This document shows, piece by piece, positions 32,037 to 47,000 of a stretch of 64,000 nucleotides of DNA. The position numbers and the translations under genes were made by a program. The DNA comes from Oculina patagonica (Eukaryota): the NCBI RefSeq assembly GCF_052425735.1, contig NC_135768.1:13082001-13146000 (forward strand), given 5' to 3'. Below the pieces are notes generated by a model. It ran no database searches. It saw nothing but the letters and a program-made list of their open reading frames with translations, and was not told the origin of the DNA. Positions within the stretch are counted from its first letter, which is position 1; each line of letters begins with the position of its first letter.

Positions 32037-35000
32037 CTTTGAACAACCGGGGCCAGACTAGTGTTACTTAAACTACCTCATTACAACAATTAGAAAAGGC
32101 TTCACCCTTTTAAACTGTTAAGATCTGCACCTGGAATGATACTCTGCTATTTTACAACAACAATTGGATGCTCAGGGTCTAGACCTGCTGTTGACTGTAT
32201 TCCTGACACTTTATTCAATCAGTTTTCCAAAGGGCTTCAATGTTAATGTCCAAAGGGCTTTTTTCTTATCATTTATGGTGGTACTTGCACTTATAGGGAT
32301 TACCGTTCTAATAATTCCTAACTCATTACTTTTATGGACCATCATCAATTTCTCCTCAGAAGGTAATATTTAAAACATCATAAAAATTATGAAAAAAGAA
32401 GTATCATTAATAACAAAAAAAAGAATAAAAATGTGTTCACCTTGTCAACTGTTGACGGAGCACAAACAAGCAAAATCTCTTCTGGTGTTGTGATTTTAAT
32501 GCCATTACTAGAGGAATGTGAGTAAGTTATTAGTGCAGTGTTATTTTCAGTGATAAGGCCACGCAGGGCCTCCTTTTACTAATTCCGTTTATCAGCTATA
32601 AGCATGCACTGCTAAACAAAGATCAGAGGGCACAATAAATTAAAAGATGACAAAAACCAGACAGTGCATGAAGGAAAGCTCTCATTGACTCTAACTAATG
32701 AAATTTCAAGCAGGTTCAAATTCAATAACAGTGCTTAAATTGAGAGTTGAGGATCTCAGCTTCTCTTATATTTCTTTCACCATTAAGCGGCCTTCACACG
32801 ACAAACTGTTGGCCAACTCGTGTTGGCAAACTCAAGTTGGTGTGTGTGAACGACGTAACAACGGCAAACAAGTTGGCCAACTGTTGGCGACAAAATAGAA
32901 CTTGTCTCTATTCTCACCAACAGTTTGCCAACTTGTTTGCCAACTGTTGTTGTTTCGTACACACACCAACTTGAGTTTGCCAACATGAGTTTGTCGTGTG
33001 AAGGCCGCTTTAGAGATAGTGTTAGGGATAAGACATAAAAGGACTCCAAGTCAGAGAGAGTAAAACCAACAGCACGATCAAATTGATGATTAAATCAAAA
33101 CCTTTGTAATACATATTTTTTTAAAACTAATGATTGGGCATGGATACAATGAGGGATTTCCAGTTGTATCAGCTGATTTCTAGCACATTAATATCAGATA
33201 GGAAAGTTAAGTGACTGTCTTCCTCTCTTTCTCCCTAACATAATTTCTTCCATTTTTACCGAATGGTAACAAGGTTATGTTGTGGATCTCGAATTTCCTC
33301 ACTCACTTCATTCTGATATCAAACAGCAATAAATTTATCTTGTGTCACGTCATCCGTTTTTCGTCTTTTTGAGTCCAGCAGATACACAAAGTGCTTGGGT
33401 ATATCTTTCACTCATAAATTCATCCGCTGCTCAAAATAACACTATACGTGCTTTACTTAATGCTAAAGAGAATTAAAGGTTCAAGACTTTATTTTGGTGG
33501 TGAAAAAATAGGATTCATGCCATGAAGCCTGAGATGACACAACTCCCATGGAAAAATCAAACATTCAAAGGTAAATGAAGTGAGATTGTTACATTATTGA
33601 ACGCTTATTTGAAAAAAAAAATGCAAAGGTCGGCACTTCATCTAATTACTATGAGGTTGCTTGAAGAGCCTTTGATTCCTTGTTGTATTTTATTAGTACT
33701 ATTTCTCCACTACTGACAATGTAATAAAAGTATGACATTTCTAGTAATCTGCTATATGGCTAATGATTCCCTTTTAACTCACATGAGTCCTTCTGTGTTA
33801 TCAATGCCTTCAGCCCATACAGTAGCCAGTGGAAAGGCTTGAAAGTTCTTGGCAGACTAAAGTAAAAAGTAAACAAAAAAGTTTTTTGTGTAAAAATTAT
33901 TCATTATATAAAAGAAATACAGGAAAACACATCAATTTGTTAACTCCCCAAAGCGCATGTACACTGTATGATAAATGCATTGAATGCAATGTTAATCAAC
34001 CACAAATCCAGCCTACAGCTAGCAGTCGTCAAAGCAAAGATATCAAGACTCAATTGGAGAAAAACTGTGACATTATCACTGGGTAAGCATGAAATAGACT
34101 TCATTGATCTGACTATGCATGTGGCTTGCATGAAAGATTTGATAAAGAATTTACATCCATGAATCAAACTGCCGCATTAATCTATGCTATGATGTAAGGT
34201 GCCTGCATTAATCACCCTTATCTTTGGAATGCAGTGCTACCCAAAAAAGGAAGAGGTTTGGTACAGACAAATTATATTAAAGGTTTTAGAACAATAATAT
34301 TTCTTTCACTGACAAAATAAAAAATGCTTTCAATGTACTTCTAAGCCCGGCAATGACATCATCGTCATCCAAAGACAAAAACACCATATAAAAACATTTT
34401 ATCTTGCAGAACTTGTTCACTGCAAAATTGTACATGACAAGTGTACATGTTTATATTGAGCCCCAAATTTGTTTCGAACCATTTTTCCTTCTTGGTGTAA
34501 AATAATTTTATGTGTTCATGCACAATGAAGATTATTAACATACCTGGTAGAAGACAAAGAAGTCATCAAATAACACAAACAGGGGTGTTGAAAACCTTGT
34601 CCCTTTTGCAGGAAAAAGGCTGTGTACATGGCTGCTTCTTAACAGTCTTCTGTGAGGGTGCTTAAAGATTTCCTTTAATGAAAAATAACCATTGTCACTG
34701 TGTTATATAATAAATAGCAGCTACAACGCAGTTCAAAGTTCAATCTAAATACTACTAGAGCTGGTGAGCTAGGCTTGTACTATGTGATAACATTGTGTAT
34801 TACATATATTTAACAAATCAACCACATTGTTCTCAGCAAACACCATTGATTCACAGGAGATCATGGTTTTTTTTTTTTTGATGTTGTGTCACTTTTTACA
34901 TCTATCCCCACAGCTCTGGCACTCCAGGTAACTAAGAACAGGGTTAAATGTGACCCACCCATCTCTGAGAGAACCAATTTGTCTGTTGACAACATCATGA

Positions 35001-38000
35001 AATTGCTTGAAATGGTGTTAAACAACAACTATTTTGTCTTTATTGGCGCATTCTACAAACAAACAAAATTTGGCTGCCCCAACGGCTCACCTGCAGTTAG
35101 CACCATCTTAGCAAACTTGGTGATGGAATCAATGAAGAAAGAGTGTTAGTTACCACACCCCACCCCCTGAAGTGGTGGTATAGATATGTTGACGGCGGTC
35201 ATGTCTGCCTCTCACAAGAACACCTTACAGAATTCCACACACATCTCAACTTCATCAACCAACACATCAAATTTACTGCAGAAGAGACGGATCTATTGCA
35301 TTTCTCGACAGGAAGACAACCAGGAATCCTGAGCCACACATACTGACAAGTACCTTCACTTCAACTCTCACTACCCTTCACAACACAAATGCTCAGTTGC
35401 TAGAACCCTTCTCAGCAGGGCATGCAAGCAAGATGCCTTCAACTGTGGATGACAAACTATCTGAAGTACAACATGTACTGGTAGTTGATGCACTAAAGAA
35501 CAATGGTTACACTCACTCCTTCATAAGAAGCTGCCAAAAGACAACTACAACACCAACACCTGAACTTCAACCACAGTCTGAAACACACAAAGGTTTTGTC
35601 ACTTTGTCGTACATCAAAGGAATTTCGGAACAATTTGCAAGAACTTTGATCAGTTCAACGTAAATGCCGCCCACAAACCCATAAAGACTGTTGGCTCAAT
35701 CCTAAAAAAAACCTAGACAAGCTTGATCAAGATCTATCAACGGGAGTTGCTTATAAAATTACTTGCAAAGACTGTGAGAAAGTCTACATCGGCCAAACAT
35801 CAGGTGCACTAAGGTCCAGAACAAGAGAACACAAAAGAGCTGTTTTCACAGGTGACAAGAACTCCCTGTTGGCACAACATTGCACACAAACTAATCACGA
35901 ATTTAATTTTGACGACATCGAAATTGTGGACTGCTGTTCTCAGTGGTCATGCAGACTGTTTTAAGAGGCATGGCATTCCATCCGTGAACCGTACTCGATC
36001 AAGGAACACGTGTACATTCCTGAGATGTACAAAATCCTGGCCAATCCCTAGCAATTTCTCACCTTTCTAAAGAAATTTAAATTAACATCTGGATGCCATT
36101 TGAAATTACGCAGATGAAGGTTACAGTATTTTAACTGAAATGTCCGCTTTTAAATTCTTAGTCAGAGACAACAATTATTTTATTGCTATTTTTAATCATG
36201 CCTGACTAAAATTACAGTATTTTCAAATATGCTCTTTGTTCTTCATTTTATGACAGCACATTCTCAGTAATCACTAACAAACATACAATATGAAATTAGA
36301 GAATGCACTAAACAAGTGATAACTTACAGAGACTTTGGAAGGGCAATCACACCAAAACATCTGAGTACGCTCAGCTTCTGCTTGTTTATTTTCATCCTCG
36401 GTGATTAGTTGTTCCCATCTTTCAGCCTCTTCTTTTAGTCTTGCACAGTCCACTATGTTTGCCTGTGTCAGCAGAAAAATAGAAAGGAGAGACTGAAGAA
36501 AAACTGTTTTGAGATGGTTATTGTGCAACCAAAAGAGAAAACATGCACAAGTATAAAATAAAAAGAGAATAATACAGTCATGGTTGCGCGAAGATATGAA
36601 ATTTATCTTCAAGTGTTCAACTCGACATCTCACGAGTGAGCGCAGCAAAGAGGTGATATATCGATTTGAACACGCGAAGATAAATTTCATATCTCCAAGC
36701 AACCATATATTATTTTGTTTATTTTATAAACCTACTAATAACAAGGTTTTAGACGATTTTCCGAAGATTTCTGACCATTTTCCGACGATTTCTGAAGATT
36801 TTCAAAATGTTGTCCGAAGGTCATATGAATGTTTCCAAACATTTTCCGAAAATTTCCGAGGATTACCGAAGGTTGCCGAGGAAGATCCGAAGATGTTTTG
36901 ACTTAATATCGATAAGCTTTGGCTCATTCACCATTGAAACATTACAAACTTGTCAGCACGTGATTGGTGAAATCAACACACATAAAAAATTATCGTAATT
37001 TTACACACGTTGAGATACTGTTTTTCATGGTGGTCAATGAATGAATGAATGAAAATCCCAATAAACAACTGCAGTTTATAAATTATTATAATAAACAAAA
37101 ATACATGATCTATTATAAAGTGCTGGAAAGAGAAAAAACCTTTAAAACCAAACATTTTGACAGGGATTTTGTTTTGGTATCTTAATGCCTTTGATGATCT
37201 TCTAATTATTAGAATGGCAAAAAGTGCTCTAACTTTCAACTAAGTATTAGTGATACATGTAGATTGCAGACCTGCACAGTGTAGATTAATAGTGATTACT
37301 AATTAAAGGATTGAGTGCTCAAAAGTGTACATCTTAAAACATTAATATGATCTAGCCAATAATAATGAAACGATCATTGCTGGATTAAGCAAAGTGGTTA
37401 AGGATTTAACCATGAATATTCTGCAGTTACTAATGAAAACCTATGAGATCTCCCAGGCATAGAAATAGGAGAACCATGCAATTCATTCATTGCCATTGAC
37501 AAAGGCAATATCATTCAAAATGAACTGAACATATATAACACAAAGATAATAAGTAATGTTATTAGGGTGATCAGTGTTTGACATAATAAAAATTTGGTTT
37601 GTATCTGATCTTAAAATCGGTTGGTAAAAAACGTATAAAGCTGAATTTTCGGTAACTCTCTGTTACCTTCATCAGAGTTAAAATTGGTTCAGTTCTTTTT
37701 TTGCATAATAAGTTTTTATACACCGCCGGTCTCTAGGGATGTTCCCAATGTTAAATAAACTTGTGGGAAATGCACATGCTCATTCACACAGTTAATGTCC
37801 TGGATAGAATGTAGCGCTTCTAGGAATAGGCGTTGTTGCCTATTGTTGACATTTCTTTCTAAGATTTCTACATAATCCGGATGAATGTCATGGTCTGTTG
37901 TTTCCGCGTGAAATCTTATTGCGCTTTCGTTATTAGATCTTGTGCCAGGCTTGTGCTCTACGCTGCGCGAATTCCACGATCTTTTGCTCTCTCCCACATA

Positions 38001-41000
38001 GGCAAAATCACATGTTTTGTGTACAAAGTAAATGAAATATTATGCAAAAAAACTGAACCAATTTTAACTCTGATGAACGTAACAGAGAGTTACCGAAAAT
38101 TCAGCTTTATACGTTTTTTACCAACCGATTTAAGATCAGATACAAACCAAATTTTTATGATAATAAGTAACATACTAAACATAGTCTTGGATAGTTCCCT
38201 TAAGACACTTACCTCAGAAATTTGTAATGTGCTGTGTAATTTTCCCACAATAAGTTGGTAATGCTGCATCTTTAACAGTGGGAACTGCATCATATACTGG
38301 AATGCATTGTCATCACTCACAAATTCCTGCAGTAAAGGAGCATTAAGGAGAATAACTGACGAGTATTACCTTATTATAGGAAATTAATGATACGTTATTA
38401 ACGCGAATTTCAAAAATTTAATGCGTTAATTTTATGTATGTTAACTTTTTTACTATAAGCATTTGACCAGAACTTTTCCTAAATTTGCATTAATTTTATT
38501 ATGCGTAAATTTTGTTCGCGTTGTTAAAATGCCTCGTTATATTCCTATAATAAGGTAAGTAGAAACTCAGCCATGTTAAATGGAAATCTACCAATCTGAT
38601 CGGTTCTCCCATTGTTTTACTATTAGCTGACAGAACACAATCGCCAGTAAGTTGCTTTTTAAAGGGGCTATTTTCTTGATTTTTTGCTTAAAAGTACATA
38701 AAACTGTAGGTTTTGGACTGCAATCCTTTAGAGCTTCTACCGAAACAATTCAAATACTCACCCTTATTTTCTATGAGTGATACAGTAAAAACCCGTGAGT
38801 AAGAACCTACATGTAACATTTAAGAACCTGTTAGGCTAAAATTTGCAAATTAGATACCATTTTCATTAGAACCTAGCTATTTAGCCTAAAATTTGAAAGT
38901 AGGTTCTTATTTTCTAAAATTGATTAAATATTTTTACTTTTGGGAAAATATGATAAGTCAACATAGCATTCTAGATCCTCTTTGGAGATTATTTCCCTAG
39001 ATGCAATGTAATGCAAATTTTATACATGATAAAGGCCAAAACCCACTAAAATCTCTATTTACAACACTGAAATTTTTTCCTCAGAAATTAAGAACCTATT
39101 AAAAACCTGAGTAGCCTAAATTTGTGTTAATAACCCTTTATGTAAGAACCTGTTTAGGCGAATCTGAAAAACAATAGGTTCTCACTCGCGGGTTTTTACT
39201 GTAGTCAACTTGGCTGTGCCTTGTTGATTATTCGCTCAAAGAAAACTTGGTCTTGTAGCTAAGTAAAATCACAGCACGAAACAACACTTGCAAAAATGGA
39301 CTGAGATGTGCTCCAAAGGGGGGCTGGGGGATGGAGCCAGAGGAGGGCAGAGTTCCTTCCCTACATAACTTTGCCACAGTGATACATAATTCCGAACAGA
39401 GAATGGAGATTTCTCTTTGTTTTCCAGTGTAAAAGTCATCTTTAATAATTAATACAAGTTGATGTAGCTATAGGTAGGTGCCTGTTTCCTCACACTTAAA
39501 GTGAACATTATTCTTTTAATTCAGGCTACAATAAGTTATCATATGGTTGAGTAGTAAGCAAAGTCAGATCAACCTGGGTTGGACACTGGGCATAGCAAAA
39601 TTTATAACTGGCTGATTACCTGTGTTGTATCATCCAAGATATCACTCAAGACAGCTCTACTCTGAGATGTTATATCACTATAGAGATAGATCAACATTAT
39701 AAGATCAACTACATACACCTTACAGATCTCACAACAAGCTATTTTAACCTCTTGATGGTTTTGCACAGAATGTGGCAGGTTTTTCTGTGGACCTGTACAT
39801 GATATCTCACTTTCTGCATTAAGCTCTACCTTGACTTCCTGTTGCAATGGAGCAGCTCTTGGAGAAAAATTTATAATTAATTGTAAAAGTTGACATATGC
39901 ATGTGGCAATTTGAAACATTCTTAATGAAATGTTTGTTGTTCTCTATTGTCGTTTTGGCTTTGTTCTTTGCAATCATCCCTTGTAGTCTATTGTAATCAT
40001 TGAATTTCTTATTCTGGTGTTTAAAATTCATATACAGTACCCAGTGGTACTGATAATTGGTACATACAAATTGGATACAACAGAGTCCAGACAGTCAGCA
40101 GTCTGACCACTTAAGTACTGACTAAATTGCTGTTTTTTAGTCTGTTTTTTAGTTTGATTTATTTAGTCTGACCAGTCCATGGGGTAGTCTGGTGGGATGC
40201 ACCCCCAATATTCAGTCATGTGCCCCATGTATATGGTACACATTATCCAAAAACTAAATGAATTCATTTTCCACCTCACTGAGCAATTCAAAAACAATCT
40301 TATTACTGTATATTATTTTAAAATTTTACTGTTTGCAACATTGTACCTTGATACATTTGAAAATGCTGTAAAAACACCAAATGCCACTCCATTACTGAAG
40401 CATTCAGAGTACCTATCATCAAAGATAAAGTTCAAAGCGTCATAACAAAATAATTACATTAACATATATCCAATACCATTACTTGACTAGTACATTACAA
40501 ATCAAAAATGGGTTAACTGACTAATTTCTTTTGATCTCTATTCTCATTTTGGGGCTCAGCTATTTGTAAATGGTTACGGCCGGAAATGCGTCTTCTTACC
40601 TACACCAACTCGTTTTTATTTTCTTTACTGCAATATTATTGATTAAATAAATATAGATTTAGGCAAGCCTTGGAGCTCCCCAGTTGTTAATTTTTGCGGG
40701 CCTTAGCAATAAAGTTCCCATTCTGGTAAAAATTTATGGAAAATTTTAGTTTATGTGACTTTTCAAGCGAAAACGTTCCTTACGGCTTCCAGTTTTGACA
40801 CAGATAGCTGCGCCTTCACCGAACAGGAAGGGATGCCATTTGAGCCATGCAAGCTATCCATGCAAAAAAAATTGTGAGCTGTTCGAGCCATGCATGCTAT
40901 CCTTAAAAAAATTGTGAGCCATTCAAGCTATCCGTGTAAAAAAAATTGTGAGCCGTAAGAGCCATACAAGCTATCCATTCAAAAAAACTTGTGAGCCCTT

Positions 41001-44000
41001 CGTGCTGTATAAGCATCTGTGCAAATATAATGGTCTGCCATTTGAGGTAGAGCCGTACAAGCCATCTGTGCCAAAAAAATTGGCAGCTGTTCAATCGAGC
41101 GGCAAGAGATGTCTGTTCAAAAATTTTGGTAGCCCTTCCAGCGGCTCAAGCTACCCATTCAATAAAGTTGTAAGCCTTTCGAAAGGATAGGCCTAGTATT
41201 CGCAGGCGGTCACGCTACTTAGTAAATATGTGTTGTTTACAAACACCTCATGAATAGTCACAGTTCTTTTCCTGCTCCTGAGCTATCTTCACTTTCCAAA
41301 CATTTGAACATTGATAAAGATTTTATTCAAGACTTCAAGTTACCAGAAAATGTCTCAATGCTTGACAGTTATATGAAAATAAACAGCACAACAAAATACC
41401 GGTATGCACACAGTACAATATTACTTTAAGTAAAGCAGAACAAAATAAACTCACAGCCAAAGAAAAACAGTTCACTGTAAAAGAAACTCATGACAATGCA
41501 GCAAACTTGATGGATTTTGAAATTAGCTTCCATTCGACTCAATCATTTTATATAGTATTTTCTGTTACGCGGGTGTCGGTTTTTTTTTTTTTTTTTTAAA
41601 AAACCCCTTTAACGGGGGGGGATATTATCTTTTGATACATTTTTATCTTATTTGATGTATTCGTCTCTTATGTAGTAGCATACCTCTCAAAAGCTTGTAA
41701 AAACTCATCAGACCAGCACAGTTTAAATAATTCATGGAAGCTCTTCATTGATACCATGAGTTGGTTGACAGCTGTCAGACTTGTGGAGACACACTTCATG
41801 ATGCCATAAAAAGACTGGACTACAGGAGCTAACACTTGCCCCACCTCCTGTAGGGCCAGGCATGACCATACTTCTATAACAATCAACCATAATAACAAAG
41901 GTCACATCAATTATTTATCAATAATTTTTTTGTTACACAATTCTTGGCTGCATTTGCTCTACACAGTAAAGAACTGGAATTTTTTTACAACTATTGCCAT
42001 GGTAAAGTCTGCGTAGAGCCAAGTGGCTCATACAGCCAGAGCTTATCCCCGTTTCTGTAGCATGAATTGAACAGGAGTATTTCTACTCCCCCTAGATTGC
42101 AGGGTTACCCCTAGCAGTAAATTCGCTGAAATCATTGCCATTTCTTTGGTACCTGGGTGAAGAGCTCTAGGCGCTATGAGAGTAAAGTGTCTTGCCCAAG
42201 AACATAAACTAAGTACACAATGACCCTGGCCAGGGGACCGCTCAATCCAGAGTCCAGTGTGCTACCCATCACGGCACCACATCTCCCAACTATTGCCATA
42301 AAAGGGGAAGCCTCGAGCCAAGTGGCCCATACTTGCTGGAGCTTATCCCGGTTTCATTAAGCGGCTAGGAATATTTCTACTCCCCCTGAATGGGATGCTA
42401 GTCCATCGCAGGGTACTACCCCAGCATTATGTCGCCAATACCCATTTATACACCTAGGTGAAGAGAGGCACTATGAGAGTAAAGTGTCTTGCCCAAGAAC
42501 ACAACACAGTGGCTCCGGCCAGGGCTTGAACCCGGACCGTTCGATCCGGAGTACGGCGCACAAACCATTAGGCCACCGGGCCTCCCATAACTATTGCCAT
42601 GCATTGGCATAAATAATAGTAATTATTACCTGATTGTAGCAATGGTGTCAGAACAGCCTGCCAAATAAGAGCTAGCTGATAGTAAAATAATCTCTCTTTA
42701 CTAGCAAGTTCACTCATAATTTCAAACTTCCCACTCTTATCACTGCAAAGAGATGTTAACAAAAATATTATTGGTATTTACTATAATTTTCAAAAGGGAA
42801 TATAAGAATCAGACATTCTGATTGGTTGATTCGTCATCTTAGCACGATCACATTATCACTAAACTTAGTGATGATCTCATGATTTCCTGGCAATAAAGTG
42901 GTTTTTTTTGCTGTTATTGTTTTTTGTTTTGTTTTTCTACTATGCCTCATGCTAATTTCTGACAAAGCCCTTTTAAGTAGCCATTCTCTATAAGTAGCCA
43001 TGCAGTTACCATTACCCCAAGGTGGCCACTTACATATACATGCAATAGGGATATGGCTGGAAATAAATTAATAATGTAACCTTGTTTAATGAGGGTTGCA
43101 CATAACAGTCTTGAAAAGACTAGTGTTGTGGTGTTTGTTTTAATGGAGAGAGGAAAACTAAAGAACCAGGAGAAACCCCCTGGAGCAAGGACAAGAAACA
43201 ACTACAATAATCTCAAGTCAACCCACAGATGATGCAGGGTCAAGGTTTCTAACCCATTTTACACTGGTGGGAAGCAAGCACCTATCACCACTGTGCCACT
43301 CCCACTTCCCAATTGAAAAGATGCATAGATTTTCTTAGTTGAAGTAGAAGTTTGATTCTTACCTGGCTGCTAGACAAGCACAGTGTTCTGTGTTTGCAGT
43401 TACATTCCGCAGCTGTCCAACCTATCACAAAATAACAAAAGTAGAAACCTGTTAATAAGGACACCAAGGGGACATGCCAGAGTGTCCGTATTATCGGGAT
43501 GTCTGTATTAAGCTGGCTGTCAGACAAAAAGTGGCAGACAAATGTTTCATCGACGCAAAGCCAATTCAAGGACAGACATTTTACAGCAGCAAAACGTTGT
43601 ATAAATTTACTGTAACTATGGAAAGCTTATGGTCATTCATCACGCTCTCCGACTAAAACTTATTTTATAATACTCTTCCTAAAATCACTTAAAAATAAAA
43701 ATAAATAAACAAGTTTGTAACAAGTTTGAACTACAGTGTAGGGAAAAGTTACGCTCATCTACTCATACTCTCAGGCTGAAATTACATATTTACTGTTTTT
43801 GAAACTCAACAACAGACTCATTTGAAAAAGTCTGTAACTTTACTTTGACAGTGAAAATTGACAATGCATAGATAAACAGTGTCCGTAAAGTGGGGTTTAC
43901 GATGTATAAGAGTTCGTCACTCTCGACACGAAAAGTGTCCGTTGTCTGACTATATTAACGGGTGTCTGTAATATGAGCTTTTCATCTGGACAAACAAACT

Positions 44001-47000
44001 GTCCGTATTAAGCAGGTGTTCGTAGAGCGGGATTCCACTGTAATATGTTGTAAATTATTCACTGAATAATAATGCAAACATGCAAACACCTGCACACACC
44101 TGCCAACTTTACAAAATTGAAACAGGGGACTCCGTTCCACCATTTTCTACATATTATTCTTTAGAATTTTGAATTACAACAATACAAGTAATGTCACCAA
44201 ATAAGTCAAATCTGACAACTCTTAGACTGATGATGTTTTCTTGTTACAGTTTAATACAAACCGTTCTAAACATGGTGAGTCTGACAATTTCCACCCTGCT
44301 GTGCTGTAGGGATCGTTCTTTTGTGTCGTCAAAAGAGTGTGATGAAGATAACACCCTTTTATCCGTTGCCTTGATTGGTGTTGCTGTAGTGTCATCATCA
44401 CTGGCTAAAGATGGCAGAGATGTACTCTCTCTGATGCTGTTCATAGTCGCAGCCACACTTGGCATTGCACTGAAACAAGGAAACAACACCATTTTATAAA
44501 ACTTAAGGAGACGACCATCCAGATGGGGCACGGAGCAAAGAAATAAGGAAATGGATGGCCATTGCATACTTTTTCTGTAAAAATTTTAATTTGTATATTC
44601 TACCCTATCAAGGTGCAGTCTCACTGCCCATTATTCTCACTGGATTGTAGGGCAGCAAATGTCTTCCACTGCTGTCTATCTTTGGCTAGCTCTTTCCCAT
44701 GAAGGAATAGATCTATTCCTTCATGAGAAAAATAGAATGGTCCAAATGACCTGGCTCCCAATGTGTTGTTTTATACAGTAGCTCAGTTGCTAGAGCATTT
44801 AGGGCCATACCTAGGATTTTTGGTCTGCGGGGGTAAACTCCGCTAAACTCCACTGTGGGGGCAAACTCCAATATAGCTACAAGAAATAGCCCAACAAAAT
44901 CAAACAATATGTTAAGAAATTTTGTTTTCCTGGCGGGCCCTGGCATCACACTGGTAATGCGGGGTCACAGATGAATCCTGTTTTCAAAGCCATGAATTAT
45001 TTTGTTAATAGATGGGGTGTCCAATGGTAAATGCAAGACTTACTGAGAGTGATATCTTTTCTGCGAGCCCGAGACCTTTTTAGTCTTGCAAAGGAAATCA
45101 AGACTTCGAAAAGGCGTCAATACCCCTGAGATTGGGCTAAAATTTTGTGAGACATTTTTTGAAGGACCATTCACCACCCCTAATAGAAGGACTCATGAAA
45201 ACGGAAGAGGATCATGCTACTTGTCTGCTAACATTTCCACACTAAAATTAATCACCTTTTGAAGAAATGACTTTTCACATGAGCGATTATGAAGTTAACT
45301 GGCCATCAATAAGATTTATGCTGACAGAAGACTACAGAAACTTAGTGAAATTCAACTTTATTACACAGCAAAGGCATTTTTAAGTTTTTTTTCCAGACTT
45401 TACCTTCAATTTGGGGGGGGGGGGGTGGTGGCATAATGGTTAGAGCACTCGACAACAAGTCCAATGGCCTGGCCTGGCCGGGGTGCTGCGTTGTGTTCTT
45501 GGGCAAAACACTTTACTCTCACCCAGTTGTATAAATGGGTACCGGCAAATTTACTGCTGGGGGGAGTAGCAATACTCCTAGTTGCTTAATGCTATGGAAA
45601 CCGGGATAAGCTCCAGCTGTATGGGCCACTTGGCTCGGACACAGACTTTACCTTACTACCTTACCTTACCTTCAATGTGTTGGAAACTGAATGAAACTAA
45701 ACAGTCTTAAGATCTTTACAAAAAATCAATTTTATACGAGTCAACAGTGGCAGACGGAATGTTGCGATACGAACATAAAAGCCCTTTTTATCAATTTAGC
45801 TACAAAATGGTTTAATCTGCACGTGTTAAAAACATGTTAAGGAATTTTGGCTGTGGAATAAAATTTATTTATTGCCAGTTCACTTTCATGATCTCTAACA
45901 AGAAACATTGTCAGAAACCCCTTCAAACTTTGATTGACAGAAATCTAAGAAATGTTTCCATGGGTGTTTTGATTTGTGAAGTCGCATATTAATGCAAACG
46001 GTGGTAATAAGTTCTCTATATTAGCAAAATATTTAACGCAATTTCTATGCAGAAACATCAATTTAAAACAATGTTGTATGTACCTTGGTTGACGTCCACA
46101 GACATAAACATCAGGCTTACTGATAGCCATGTCGCCAATAAATAAGGAGTAATGACTTCCAGCTGCAATGTCCCAGACCAAGACATCTGAAAAACACTAA
46201 ATTAAACAAGTATTAATATGTACATATATATTATACAATGAACATAGTACATACACTTGAAGGAAAGCTGCCCTCCATCTACCTAAACCTCAACTTATAG
46301 TCATGTACTCTTGATATACAGTGTGTAGTACATTGTGAATTTTTTGGCTCAGCCTTTTTTAGCAGGGCTGGCATGTTTTTATTAATTTTGTCTTCCCACT
46401 TCTATTTTGGCACCATTATTGCATTAACAATTCCAGGCCACATATGCACCGATATTTGGTGTGAAAAGTAAACAAAGTGGCCGGCAAACTCAGAAGGTTT
46501 TCTGGCTCGAGAATTTATGAAAAAATTATTTGGCTTCATATGGATGATCTGAACTGAAGGCAGGTAAAATGCAGGTCTGGAAAAAGGCTTGACAAAAAAC
46601 TTAGCCAGAGTCAAGTTTAGTCTAGGTAATTTGAGTATGTGCTGCTTCTCTTTCAAGAATGTACCGTGACAATCTGAATAAAAATGTTGAACATATTGTT
46701 AATACATAATAATAAAATTTTTTCTCCTTGTTGTTATCACCTTATTAAATAAAAACGTGTCTGACCTTTCAGCAAAAAATAAATATTTGCAGCCTTGATA
46801 CAGTCAACATACTTAAAAAAATCTATTAATAGTCATCAATGAATATGGCCTTGACTAGTTTCTACTGAGTTACTTATTTACTTACTCTGATTTTTTTAGG
46901 TTGTAAAGCCATGCTTTTCTTACGTCCTAACTGACCACAAGAGTTGTCTCCCCAGGAGAAGACCTGTAAGTGTACAAACACTTATATATATGATTCATGA

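Larger units (their letters stand above)
37584..38158 (-). mobile_element. 5'-truncated Penelope element (GIY-YIG tail) flanked by ~120-bp inverted pseudo-LTR
   Basis: ORF GESKRSWNSRSVEHKP..RLFLEALHS; 37584-37709 is the inverted copy of 38038-38158. Confidence 0.85.
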
